Shown here piece by piece: positions 9,781 through 18,451 of a stretch of DNA of 64,000 bases (its first letter is position 1; each line of letters opens with the position of its first letter). Location: NCBI GenBank assembly GCA_038247415.1, contig JBBRUX010000005.1, forward strand, positions 1-64,000, in the 5' to 3' direction. The notes beneath the pieces were generated by a model. The model saw nothing but the letters and a program-made list of their open reading frames with translations. It made no database searches and was not told the origin of the DNA. The DNA is from Chitinivibrionales bacterium (GTDB taxonomy: Bacteria; Fibrobacterota; Chitinivibrionia; Chitinivibrionales; WJKA01). The translations under genes and the position numbers were made by a program.

Positions 9781-10167
9781 TTACAAGGAGTCTATTACTC
9801 GATGTAATTTCTGTTGAATTTCCGCCGCTATGCTTTCGAGGGATGCGTTTTCAACTGCTTGCATCGATATCATTGGATTAATTGCAGCTACTTCAATTGA
9901 TCCAGCAGTTTTTTCCTGAATTATTACATTGCATGGAAGCATAACACCAATATTTGGTTCTGCCAAAAGTGCCTTATTAGCAAATGGTGGATTACACGCT
10001 CCAAGAATTCTATATTTTCTAAAGTCAACGTTTAGTTTATCTTTAAGCGTTTGGGCTACGTCAATTTGAGTAAGCACACCAAATCCTTCTGCTTTGAGCG
10101 CAGCAGTTACGGTTGCTACAATCGTGTCAAAATCTCCCGAAAGAAGCTTGTTGTAATAATATGACAT
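9781..10167 (-). CDS. DUF302 domain protein
   Basis: ALKAEGFGVLTQIDV, YRILGACNPPFA, IGVMLPCNV. Confidence 0.9.
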   Translation of the reverse strand: MSYYYNKLLSGDFDTIVATVTAALKAEGFGVLTQIDVAQTLKDKLNVDFRKYRILGACNPPFANKALLAEPNIGVMLPCNVIIQEKTAGSIEVAAINPMISMQAVENASLESIAAEIQQKLHRVIDSL

Positions 10168-10207
10168 GTATGACCCCTTTGTATGTATGATAAAAAATAA
10201 GTGCCTA

Positions 10208-10408
10208 TTATTTCCGATGTGTTGAAATACCAAACGGCAAATAAAGCGGACAGGTTCCCACTATACTTGTTAAAAGAAGGATCCCCGCAAGAACCAACAA
10301 TACAAGAGCAGCTACCGCATGTATTATATGTGTAAAATAAAGTACTACAATAATTGCAACAACTGAAAGTCGAATTACCTTGTCGATAGAACCAATATTC
10401 TTTTTCAT
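10208..10408 (-). CDS. DUF2892 (YgaP-like) small membrane protein
   Basis: MKKNIGSIDKVIR...GTCPLYLPFGIST. Confidence 0.9.
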   Translation of the reverse strand: MKKNIGSIDKVIRLSVVAIIVVLYFTHIIHAVAALVLLVLAGILLLTSIVGTCPLYLPFGISTHRK

Positions 10409-10467
10409 TTCAAAACTCCTTACCTGATTGTTAAAAAAACGTAACTTGTATTCAAAAAAATATTAGT

Positions 10468-10860
10468 TTATGCCAAATGCTGTGTATCTAAAAGTTCTTC
10501 TACTCCTAAAACATCTGTAAAGAGTTTTTTTAATGCAACCTTTGGCATTGCTCCTGCCGACATCTGAGGTTGCCCTATAAGCGGAATAAAGAGCATGCTG
10601 GGGATACTCGTTATTCCAAAAGCACCAGCAAGCGCAGGTTCTTCTTCGGTGTTGACTTTGTAAATAATAAGGCGTTGCCCGTACTCTTTGGAAAGTTCTT
10701 CAAGAATAGGAGAAATCATTTTACAAGGGCCACACCAGTCCGCATAAAAATCAATTACCGCGGGAACACTTCCCTTAAATTTCCACCCTGCTTCCCTACT
10801 CCCATCAAGACCACATTCGCATACTTTTTCTTTAAATGAATCGAGCGTTAGATGTTCCAT
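10468..10860 (-). CDS. trxA: Thioredoxin
   Basis: IDFYADWCGPCKM active site, GITSIPS cis-Pro; AGGAG RBS. Confidence 0.92.
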   Translation of the reverse strand: MEHLTLDSFKEKVCECGLDGSREAGWKFKGSVPAVIDFYADWCGPCKMISPILEELSKEYGQRLIIYKVNTEEEPALAGAFGITSIPSMLFIPLIGQPQMSAGAMPKVALKKLFTDVLGVEELLDTQHLA

Positions 10861-10907
10861 AGTAACAACTCCTTTTGAGTGATGAATTTTTTATACTTAA
10901 TGATTAT

Positions 10908-10924
10908 CGCAATCACCATGCCAA
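10908..10924 (-). promoter_or_regulatory. Sigma54 (-24/-12) promoter of the trxA-DUF2892-DUF302-trx-ccdA operon
   Basis: Minus strand TTGGCATGGTGATTGCG = GG-N10-GC; a sigma54 activator gene is divergent and adjacent. Confidence 0.8.
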
Positions 10925-10993
10925 TAAAATTAACGATAAAATAGGCTTTTAAGATGTAAAATGATATATTTGGTTAACAGTAGTTAATATCCA

Positions 10994-11028
10994 GTTATCT
11001 GTTACTGGTTACTGGTTACTGGTTATTG
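10994..11028 (+). repeat. Five tandem heptamers GTTA(C/T)TG, candidate upstream activator sites
   Basis: GTTATCT GTTACTG GTTACTG GTTACTG GTTATTG; further GTTAA motifs near 10973 and 10983. Confidence 0.7.
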
Positions 11029-11061
11029 CACAGTCTACATCCCTTAGGAAGAGATCAAAGC

Positions 11062-12414
11062 ATGATTAGTGAGGTACAGATTCTTAATACCATACCATCT
11101 GGAGTAGTTGTGCTGGATCGAGAAGATCGTATCCGCTATGCAAACAACTGGATTAGTGGGTTAACAGGATATTCATTACGCAACCTCTACGGCGAACCGA
11201 TTTCAAAGCTGCTTAAAAACTTCCCTACAATCCACCCATTAAAGGCGGATGATCCTCTTTTTCATAGAGATTTAGTTCTAACCACAGATACAAACAACGA
11301 AATCGAAGTCTGTGTATTCGTTAAAAAAGGAGCATTTGGCACCGACCCGCTTTCAACATATGTTTGCATAAATGCTATACCCTTTAAGCAGGGCAAAGAA
11401 GAAAATCCCACCGCGCAGCGAGATCGATTTCACGGCCTTATTGGCAAAAGCCCGAGCATGCAAGAAATTTATGGCTTTATTGAAATGGCTGGCGCTACCG
11501 ATGCTAATGTTGTTATACAAGGCGAAAGCGGGACTGGCAAAGAGCTTATTGCAGCCGCTATCCATACAGAATCTTCCCGCGCAGGAAAGCAGTTCGTTCG
11601 CGTCAATTGCGCTGCACTTACAGAATCTCTTTTAGAAAGCGAACTCTTTGGTCATGCCAAAGGAGCCTTTACAGGAGCGTACCGAGATCACATTGGAAAA
11701 TTTGAATTTGCAGATAAGGGAACTATTTTTCTCGATGAAATTGGCGAAATATCACCTGCGATGCAAGCTAAATTATTGCGGGTTATCCAGGAGCGAACAA
11801 TTGTTAGAGTTGGCGATAACCGAGAAATTAATGTCGATGTTCGGGTCATTGTTGCAACAAACAGAAATTTACGTGCACTCGTTACGAAAGGCAAATTCAG
11901 AGAAGATCTTTTTTATAGACTCAATGTATTTCCAATCCATGTTCCTCCCTTGCGAGAACGAGGCATAGACATACCGCTGCTGATTGATCACTTTATCAAC
12001 ACTTTTTGCTTGTCAACAAATAAGCACATAACAGCGTGCTCTCCAGACTGCTTGCGCATAATAATTGCGTATTGTTGGCCAGGCAATGTACGAGAACTCC
12101 AGAATGCCATTGAACATGCATTTGTGCTTTGTAGGCAGCAAGAAATCCAGCTGATAGATCTTCCTCACGATCTCCGGGTTGCTGCAGTTCGAGAGGGCAT
12201 TTGTGCACAGCGAGTTGCTGGGATAACGGCAGAACAAACGCTTTACCCTAGCCCATTAAGAGCCAAGCAGACAAATGGCCGAACAATGCTTACGCGCGAA
12301 GTCATTCATGCGCAGCTTGCAGCTTCTCAAGGAAACAAAGCCGCTACAGCACGCACCCTAGGAATCAGCAGTGTAGGACTCTGGAAAAGGATGAAAAAAT
12401 TAGGAATGATGTAA
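11062..12414 (+). CDS. Sigma54-dependent enhancer-binding activator (PAS-AAA+-Fis HTH)
   Basis: GESGTGKE, ESELFGH, GAFTGA, FLDEIGE, REDLFYRL, WPGNVRELQN; N-terminal PAS-like segment. Confidence 0.93.
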   Translation: MISEVQILNTIPSGVVVLDREDRIRYANNWISGLTGYSLRNLYGEPISKLLKNFPTIHPLKADDPLFHRDLVLTTDTNNEIEVCVFVKKGAFGTDPLSTYVCINAIPFKQGKEENPTAQRDRFHGLIGKSPSMQEIYGFIEMAGATDANVVIQGESGTGKELIAAAIHTESSRAGKQFVRVNCAALTESLLESELFGHAKGAFTGAYRDHIGKFEFADKGTIFLDEIGEISPAMQAKLLRVIQERTIVRVGDNREINVDVRVIVATNRNLRALVTKGKFREDLFYRLNVFPIHVPPLRERGIDIPLLIDHFINTFCLSTNKHITACSPDCLRIIIAYCWPGNVRELQNAIEHAFVLCRQQEIQLIDLPHDLRVAAVREGICAQRVAGITAEQTLYPSPLRAKQTNGRTMLTREVIHAQLAASQGNKAATARTLGISSVGLWKRMKKLGMM

Positions 12415-12483
12415 TTTTTGTTGAGCAACAATAACATGCTTTCTTGCTATTATTTGTAACCCTTACCATAGGAGATAATTATC

Positions 12484-13032
12484 GTGAATGAAAGAGTATT
12501 TAATAAAAAAATTGATATGCTGCGAAGCCCAGAAAGGGCAAAAATAATTGAGGTAGACCGTGTTGTAGAAGTAGTAATCGCAGGCATTCCTTCTGGATCA
12601 ATCTTGGATGTTGGCACCGGTACAGGAGTATTTGCCGAAGCATTTTACAAAAAAGGATACGCGGTTTCGGGGGTTGATATCAATCAGGACATGATTACCG
12701 AAGCACAGAAATTTGTTCCGAATGCAGAATTTCACCTTGCTCCGGCAGAAAGCATTCCATTTAAAGATAAAACATTCGATATAGTATTTTTTGGTGGAGT
12801 GTTGCATGAGGCAGATGATCTTGTTAAAGCACTCAAAGAAGGCGCCCGAGTAACAAAAAAACGAATAGTTGCGCTGGAATGGCCTTATGCAGATACAGAA
12901 AAAGGACCACCGCTAGAGCATCGCCTAAAAGAAGAAACAGTTCGAGAGGCTATGCAGGAAGCACAACTTACAAAGATTACCATAACAAAGCATACCCATC
13001 TTATGGTGTATTGTGCAGAAATTGCTGAGTGA
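12484..13032 (+). CDS. Class I SAM-dependent methyltransferase
   Basis: ILDVGTGTG, GVDIN, AESIPFKDKTFDIV. Confidence 0.88.
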   Translation: MNERVFNKKIDMLRSPERAKIIEVDRVVEVVIAGIPSGSILDVGTGTGVFAEAFYKKGYAVSGVDINQDMITEAQKFVPNAEFHLAPAESIPFKDKTFDIVFFGGVLHEADDLVKALKEGARVTKKRIVALEWPYADTEKGPPLEHRLKEETVREAMQEAQLTKITITKHTHLMVYCAEIAE

Positions 13033-13107
13033 TTAGGCTTCACCAATGTGCGCCTTTACCGAGTACTTAGATTTATTTCTTATTTGTCTTAATTTTTCCT
13101 CGTTTAA

Positions 13108-13803
13108 TCAAATCCCGAAATACAAGCCAACATTATGCTTGAGTATCAGTACGACACCCACAACTATCATCACCACGGCAGTACCACGGCGCACCCAAAT
13201 TTCTATAACAATCAACTTTTTGAATACAGACCCAACCAGATGCGCTGCAAACGCGAGTAGGAGCGAAAACCCAACAACCGGGAGCGCGGTCCCCACTCCG
13301 TAAATCACTGGTAGAAGGATTGCCGAGTTGTTTTTAACGGCAAGAGGTATCAGGCCGCCAAAGAATAAGCCCGCAGAAGTTGGACAGAAGGCGAGGGCAA
13401 AGATAAACCCAAGAACACCTGCACCCCAGATACCCATTTTGTCTATCTTGGTTTGTAAATTACTGCTCATACCCCCGCCAAAGCCGAATTTGATAACGTC
13501 AAGCAGCAGAATGCCTACCACAAGCATAATGGGCCCAATAAAGAGGCTCATAAATTTTTGCAGAAAATTAGAAACCCCCGGAATAGAAAGGAGCCCTTTG
13601 GTTACGAGTATGCCAACAGCAAGATACGCAAGGCTTCGTCCTAATGTATACAGTAGCCCGGCGACCAGCACCCAACGGGTCTTTTCAACTCGCCTACTCA
13701 CATATGATATCGCTGCGATATTTGTTGTAAGAGGGCATGGACTGATCGATGTGAGAATCCCCAGCCACAGTGCAGCCCCTATTCCAAGAAAAGCCTCACT
13801 CAT
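13108..13803 (-). CDS. ArsG-family / DsbD-like membrane protein of ars clusters
   Basis: LGILTSISPCPLTTNIAAISY and FALAFCPTSAGLFFG; ATGA overlap with the upstream gene. Confidence 0.8.
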   Translation of the reverse strand: MSEAFLGIGAALWLGILTSISPCPLTTNIAAISYVSRRVEKTRWVLVAGLLYTLGRSLAYLAVGILVTKGLLSIPGVSNFLQKFMSLFIGPIMLVVGILLLDVIKFGFGGGMSSNLQTKIDKMGIWGAGVLGFIFALAFCPTSAGLFFGGLIPLAVKNNSAILLPVIYGVGTALPVVGFSLLLAFAAHLVGSVFKKLIVIEIWVRRGTAVVMIVVGVVLILKHNVGLYFGI

Positions 13804-14327
13804 AGGCACTTTCCGTCAAGGCAGGCCTTGACTTCATTTTTTATATACTGTCGATATTTTGATTCATCCTGGACAATCTGCCATATTTTGTCGAGGTTTT
13901 TCCACGAAGATTCCTTGTTGTCTTTTTGGATTGAAACAATTATCGATTTGGTGTAAAGTTTGTAGTCATTGTTAAAATGCTCATTGCCTTTGTTTTCCAC
14001 ATTGACAGTTTTCCATTCAAGTTTCCCGCTCTTAATAGCATCCGCAAAATCCGTTTCAATCTCTGATTTTGCAAAGCTTTCCAGTTTGAAGCAAGTCGGG
14101 CAGCGTGCATTGCCAAGGAAATAATAGACGATGATTTTTTCGCTTGTCTGTGGTGCGATTTTGGTACTATCAGCAGCTATAACCGATGCTGGCTTACTCG
14201 CACTCACTTTTGGTTGACTCTTGGGTTGCGCCGCTTGACATCCGTTCGCCATCAGACCCATGACTGCAAACGAGACAATTGCCATTCCGACCTGTATATT
14301 TCTCCGCAAACGAGCTTGTAAATTCAT
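13800..14327 (-). CDS. ArsF-family exported thioredoxin-like lipoprotein
   Basis: Lipobox-like ANGC; VYYFLGNARCPTCFKLE, WKNLDKIW. Confidence 0.75.
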   Translation of the reverse strand: MNLQARLRRNIQVGMAIVSFAVMGLMANGCQAAQPKSQPKVSASKPASVIAADSTKIAPQTSEKIIVYYFLGNARCPTCFKLESFAKSEIETDFADAIKSGKLEWKTVNVENKGNEHFNNDYKLYTKSIIVSIQKDNKESSWKNLDKIWQIVQDESKYRQYIKNEVKACLDGKCL

Positions 14328-14361
14328 TTCGTCTCCTTAGTTAATTGTTAAAAGCATTGTG

Positions 14362-15396
14362 CTATAAAATCAGATTGAATATGAATCCCACAATCATTAT
14401 CCCGCAACCCACGACCGCAATGAATACAGCAATAAGCTTCGGTTTAAGTACTTTTCTAAGAATAACCATTTCGGGTAACGACAAACCAATTACCGACATC
14501 ATGAACGACAGCACGGTTCCGAGTGCAGCGCCTTTGGCAAGCAAAGCTTCTACTATCGGAATAATTCCGGCGGCGTTTGAGTACATTGGGATACCGATGA
14601 TGACAGCAAGCGGCACCGACCACCACGCATGTGCTCCCATGATCTTTGCCATGTGGCCCGCAGGCACCCAACCGTGTATAGCCGCTCCCACAAGAATTCC
14701 TGCTACGATATAGGGCAATACCTTGACAACGATGTCCTTGACGGCCTGCCAGCCCGCATCGATCCGGTCAACCCATGTCAATTTTTGCCCTGCGATTTCG
14801 CTCCCGTTCATTCGCATATCATAAACCCAACCTTCCACATGTTTTTCCATGCGGAGCTTACCGATGACAATGCCCGAAACTAGTGCGATTGACAACCCCA
14901 TCCCCACATACAATGCCGCAACCTTCCATCCGAATAGTCCAAAGAGCAATACAAGCGCTATTTCGTTCACCATGGGTGCCGAAATGAGAAAAGAAAAGGT
15001 CACGCCGAGAGGTACACCGGCTTGAACAAAGCCGATAAAAAGCGGCACTGCGGAACAGGAGCAGAACGGTGTTACAACACCAAGCAACGCCGCGAATACG
15101 TTACCGACAATCGTTTTCTTGCCCGCCAGGATCGTTCGCGTTTTCTCTGGTGTAAAGAATGACCGGAGGACGCCGATTCCGAAAACAATAAGCGTCAGCA
15201 ACATGAGTACTTTTGGCGTATCGTAGAAGAAAAACGCTACAGCATCCCCGAGGTGTGTTCCCGGGGTCAGATGAAATATGTTATAGGTGAGATACTCAGA
15301 AAGCCGTTTCAGAACCGAATAAATCAGCACCCAGGCAACCAACAATGGGGAAATTATCGCAATCCTCATTGGCAGCGGTTTTTTTAAAAATGTCAT
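14362..15396 (-). CDS. arsP: ArsP/DUF318 permease
   Basis: VTPFCSCSAVPLFIGF, FLISAPMVNE, GIPMYSN, GLSLPEMVILRKV; start uncertain (15420, 15396 or 15369). Confidence 0.85.
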   Translation of the reverse strand: MTFLKKPLPMRIAIISPLLVAWVLIYSVLKRLSEYLTYNIFHLTPGTHLGDAVAFFFYDTPKVLMLLTLIVFGIGVLRSFFTPEKTRTILAGKKTIVGNVFAALLGVVTPFCSCSAVPLFIGFVQAGVPLGVTFSFLISAPMVNEIALVLLFGLFGWKVAALYVGMGLSIALVSGIVIGKLRMEKHVEGWVYDMRMNGSEIAGQKLTWVDRIDAGWQAVKDIVVKVLPYIVAGILVGAAIHGWVPAGHMAKIMGAHAWWSVPLAVIIGIPMYSNAAGIIPIVEALLAKGAALGTVLSFMMSVIGLSLPEMVILRKVLKPKLIAVFIAVVGCGIMIVGFIFNLIL

Positions 15397-15420
15397 ACCT
15401 GTGTTCCTTGTGGTGTACAC

Positions 15421-15654
15421 TTATTGGAGCATTGTTTTCAACTCATCGGGTTTTGGTATTCTCCCGCTCATTTTTACTACTCCGTCAATAACGAGTGCGG
15501 GGGTCGTCATGATATTGAACTTCATGATTTCGTTAATATCCTCCACTTTTGTTACCTCAGCATCGATGTTTCCATCTTTAACTACCTTCAACGTTGTCTC
15601 AAGAAGTTTTTTACATTTAGGACAGCCGGTTCCAAGAATTTGTATTTTTTTCAT
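15421..15654 (-). CDS. Small redox-active disulfide protein (MTH895-like thioredoxin)
   Basis: MKKIQILGTGCPKCKKL...IMTTPALVIDGVVKMSGRIP. Confidence 0.88.
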   Translation of the reverse strand: MKKIQILGTGCPKCKKLLETTLKVVKDGNIDAEVTKVEDINEIMKFNIMTTPALVIDGVVKMSGRIPKPDELKTMLQ

Positions 15655-15793
15655 AAAAAACCCTTCATTGTTATTTGACCAAACAGCCAGAATTAACCCC
15701 AAAAAAATATCCGTTATGTAAGAGCCATCTTCGATTGCGCATTCTTTCTAATTACTTCATTCGTGCACGTAAAAAAGTTCATGCGGAATTAGG

Positions 15794-16097
15794 TTATTGT
15801 TTGGCGAATTTATTCTTCATTTTCAGTGCAACATTCACAAGCGCGATCATCATAGGCACTTCAATGAGCGGCCCGATAACCGCCGCAAAGGCTTCCTGTG
15901 AAGCAATCCCAAATACGCCCACGGCCACTGCAATTTGCAATTGGCATTGATGTGGTACCCACACTCATATACGAAAGTAAATTAGACGTTGTAGGGAAGA
16001 GCCATCCAATAGCCACTCCAAGACCCATGGCAATAAAAATCCACAGTGTCAAGTATCGATCAAGAAACGATAATTTTTTTTCTTTAATCTCGCTCAT
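15794..16097 (-). pseudogene. acr3: acr3 arsenite exporter with a large internal deletion and frameshift
   Basis: N-terminus KKLSFLDRYLTLWIFIAMGLG...GTTSMPIA joined out of frame to C-terminus [38 protein letters not shown]...*; junction reads AATTGCA-AATTGCA. Confidence 0.88.
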
Positions 16098-16129
16098 ATC
16101 TGAAACCTCCTCTCTTTTCAGTAAATAAA

Positions 16130-16397
16130 CTATTTCAAATTTTGCGCATCACCGCTGCAGCCACTCCGGGTGCACCAAGCTGAGGCAGTATGAGGTTTCT
16201 ATGCTTGACTACTGCTTCGAGACTGGCGCATTACTGTAATTCATTCTGAATGTATCGCTCATCCGGCACCTTATATCACCGCGTTTATCTATCTGTGGAA
16301 GCGAGGGTATCGCCCACTTGAGAGCAGTGTCCGAGCTGCAACCGCACGCTTGCGTTTGTAAAGATAGGCTGCACTTGCCTAAAGATGTTGGAGTCAT
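16130..16397 (-). pseudogene. hgcA: hgcA (mercury methylation corrinoid protein) remnant
   Basis: Frame 1 ...DKRGDIRCRMSDTFRMNYS (HgcA N-terminal pattern) followed in another frame by SLEAVVKHRNLILPQLGAPGVAA (HgcA corrinoid-domain motif); cap helix and TM domain missing; starts at the arsR stop. Confidence 0.75.
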
Positions 16398-16796
16398 TTA
16401 TGTACCTCTTTTTTTATTCGCTGCTGCTTTTTTCTCAACGCGCTTTTTACATAATGCTTCAGGGCTTTGCGTAAGAATTCGAGCGAGATTCTCTGAATCT
16501 TCGTCTGTTTTCTCATCTCTAGAAATTGAGTTAAAAACCCATTCAAGTGCACCTTGTATTTTTGCATTTTGAGCAGTAATATCGGGTAGCCGATAATAAA
16601 TCCATTTTTCTTCTTTTCTGCTTTTGACAAGGCCAACATGCTTGAGCACGGACATGTGTTTGGATACTGTTGAAGGCGCAAGCCCCAGCAATTCTATTAT
16701 CCGGCAAACGCACAGCTCTCCTTTACTAAGAGCAAGAACCGTCCGTACGCGATTACTATCTGATAATGCTTTGGCGATATTGATGATTTCATCCAT
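16398..16796 (-). CDS. arsR: ArsR/SmtB family repressor
   Basis: KALSDSNRVR, ELCVCRIIELLGLAPSTVSKHMSVL, RKEEKWIYYRL. Confidence 0.92.
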   Translation of the reverse strand: MDEIINIAKALSDSNRVRTVLALSKGELCVCRIIELLGLAPSTVSKHMSVLKHVGLVKSRKEEKWIYYRLPDITAQNAKIQGALEWVFNSISRDEKTDEDSENLARILTQSPEALCKKRVEKKAAANKKRGT

Positions 16797-16943
16797 TGCT
16801 AGCTATTGCCTCCCTAAAGATTTCTTAAAAATACTGTAGCATGAGCAGGCTGTTTTCTGTGCTGTTTAGTGTAAATTAAAGTGAACGAGAATGCTCCTGA
16901 TTCTGGTTTTCTCTTAATTATCAGCCATTACTGATAATCCTAC

Positions 16944-16963
16944 ATTTCGCCACACGTCGAAAT
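16944..16963. promoter_or_regulatory. Putative ArsR operator
   Basis: Inverted repeat ATTTCG-N8-CGAAAT overlapping a TATATT -10-like element on the minus strand, upstream of arsR. Confidence 0.6.
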
Positions 16964-17141
16964 ATAATACATTGCCACTCAATTACAAAATTGTTAAATG
17001 CGGCCTCTATTGAAATCTATCGTTGCGAAAGCCCTATTTACCGGACTCCCCTGCTCTTAGTTTAGCACCTGCAGTTGCCTTCATCGCCCAAAAACTTGAA
17101 CTTGTTTTCTTCTTGATTATACCCGGGATCAGACATGTTAT

Positions 17142-17209
17142 TACACTGTTTAGTATTGCACCGTTTAGTGTAATAAAGTATACTATATAGTGTATCACCA
17201 ATCAGTGTA
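17142..17209. repeat. Four imperfect 16-bp palindromes (TACACT-N4-AGTGTA type)
   Basis: TACACTGTTTAGTATT, TGCACCGTTTAGTGTA, TATACTATATAGTGTA, ATCACCAATCAGTGTA just upstream of the ATPase gene. Confidence 0.55.
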
Positions 17210-17229
17210 CCTCTCTTAGGGAGACCGGC

Positions 17230-18339
17230 ATGAATCCATTTAAATACGGCAGGGTCGTTTCGAAAAACGACTACTGCACCCGACAGGATCTGGAAACAGC
17301 CCTGAAGACAAAACTCCTTGCCGCACAGAACACCTATCTGGAAGGCGAACGCCGGACCGGCAAGACTTCGCTTATTTTTGAAACCGTTCGGAAAATGAAA
17401 ACAAAAAAAATCGTCTATGCAGATCTGCTTGAAGTCAGATCCGTCGAAGACATTCACAAGCGGGTGTTGAACGCTGTTGTAAAAGCCGAAAAGGACTTCG
17501 GCGTACTGCAAAAAATGCTAAAAAATTTTGCGGCGCTTCGACCGATCATGACCTATGATCCTATGACTGGGTCACCGACCATTTCTGTAGATAGTTCCAT
17601 TACCATGCTTCCTGATTCATTGGAAGGATTGTTCGACCTGTTTACGGGGAGCGAATTCAAGAATGCAGTAGTTGTAATTGACGAATTTCAAGATATACTG
17701 AACCTGCCAGACGCACGACAATCGCTTGCAATCATGCGCAGTAAAATTCAATTTCTCGATGAGATTCCATTTGTTTTCTGCGGTAGCTTGCGCAGCAAAA
17801 TACATATGATCTTCAATGATCCCGAAAGCCCGTTTTTTAAATCGGCACTGCCGATTGAAGTAGGCCCGATCGATCACGGACGGTTTAGTGAATTTATAGG
17901 TTTAAAATTCAGGGAAACCAAAATCAAAATATCCGCTGCGACTATTGAGAGGCTGTTACACATTTCGCATGAGAATCCCGGCGACACGCAGCAATTGTGC
18001 GCAGCGATTTACGATGTAGCAGAAGCTGGCTCTGAAGTCACCGAGTCGACGCTCCATGAATCTCTGATGCAGGTGTTTGCCGAAGAGCAAAAAGGATACG
18101 AATCAACACTTGCCCGCATCACTGGCATTCAGCTCAAATGCCTTGTTGCACTCGCACGGCAGGGCGGAAACAACGTGCTTTCAGGTGAATTCACGACAGT
18201 GTCTGGCATCCGCCTTCCGTCAACTATTAAAAAATCTCTAGAACGGCTTGAAAACCTTAAAATTATATTTAAAACCGTCCGCGAATACAAATTTGTCAAT
18301 CCGTTTTTCGCGCAATGGCTTATTTATAAGAATTTCTGA
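17230..18339 (+). CDS. Archaeal-type P-loop ATPase with C-terminal winged helix
   Basis: MNPFKYGRVV, Walker A GERRTGKTS, Walker B VVIDEFQ, FCGS, YKFVNPFFAQWL. Confidence 0.85.
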   Translation: MNPFKYGRVVSKNDYCTRQDLETALKTKLLAAQNTYLEGERRTGKTSLIFETVRKMKTKKIVYADLLEVRSVEDIHKRVLNAVVKAEKDFGVLQKMLKNFAALRPIMTYDPMTGSPTISVDSSITMLPDSLEGLFDLFTGSEFKNAVVVIDEFQDILNLPDARQSLAIMRSKIQFLDEIPFVFCGSLRSKIHMIFNDPESPFFKSALPIEVGPIDHGRFSEFIGLKFRETKIKISAATIERLLHISHENPGDTQQLCAAIYDVAEAGSEVTESTLHESLMQVFAEEQKGYESTLARITGIQLKCLVALARQGGNNVLSGEFTTVSGIRLPSTIKKSLERLENLKIIFKTVREYKFVNPFFAQWLIYKNF

Positions 18340-18389
18340 TGGAAACAGTCCTGGCATCGAGCGCCCTCAAAGATCTCAAAAGTCAACAA

Positions 18390-18430
18390 CACAAAAGGCC
18401 GCAGAGAAAAAATCTCAGCGGCCTTTTGTG
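18390..18430. terminator. Bidirectional terminator between the ATPase gene and proC
   Basis: CACAAAAGGCCGC...GCGGCCTTTTGTG inverted repeat between convergent genes. Confidence 0.75.
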
Positions 18431-18451
18431 AAATTGATAGATACTAAAGCG

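Noticed and set aside
13328..13831. 167-aa plus-strand ORF, and similar overlapping ORFs such as 17062-17511, 30256-30795 and 53090-53632
   Set aside because: They overlap confident genes on the opposite strand and have no domain features.
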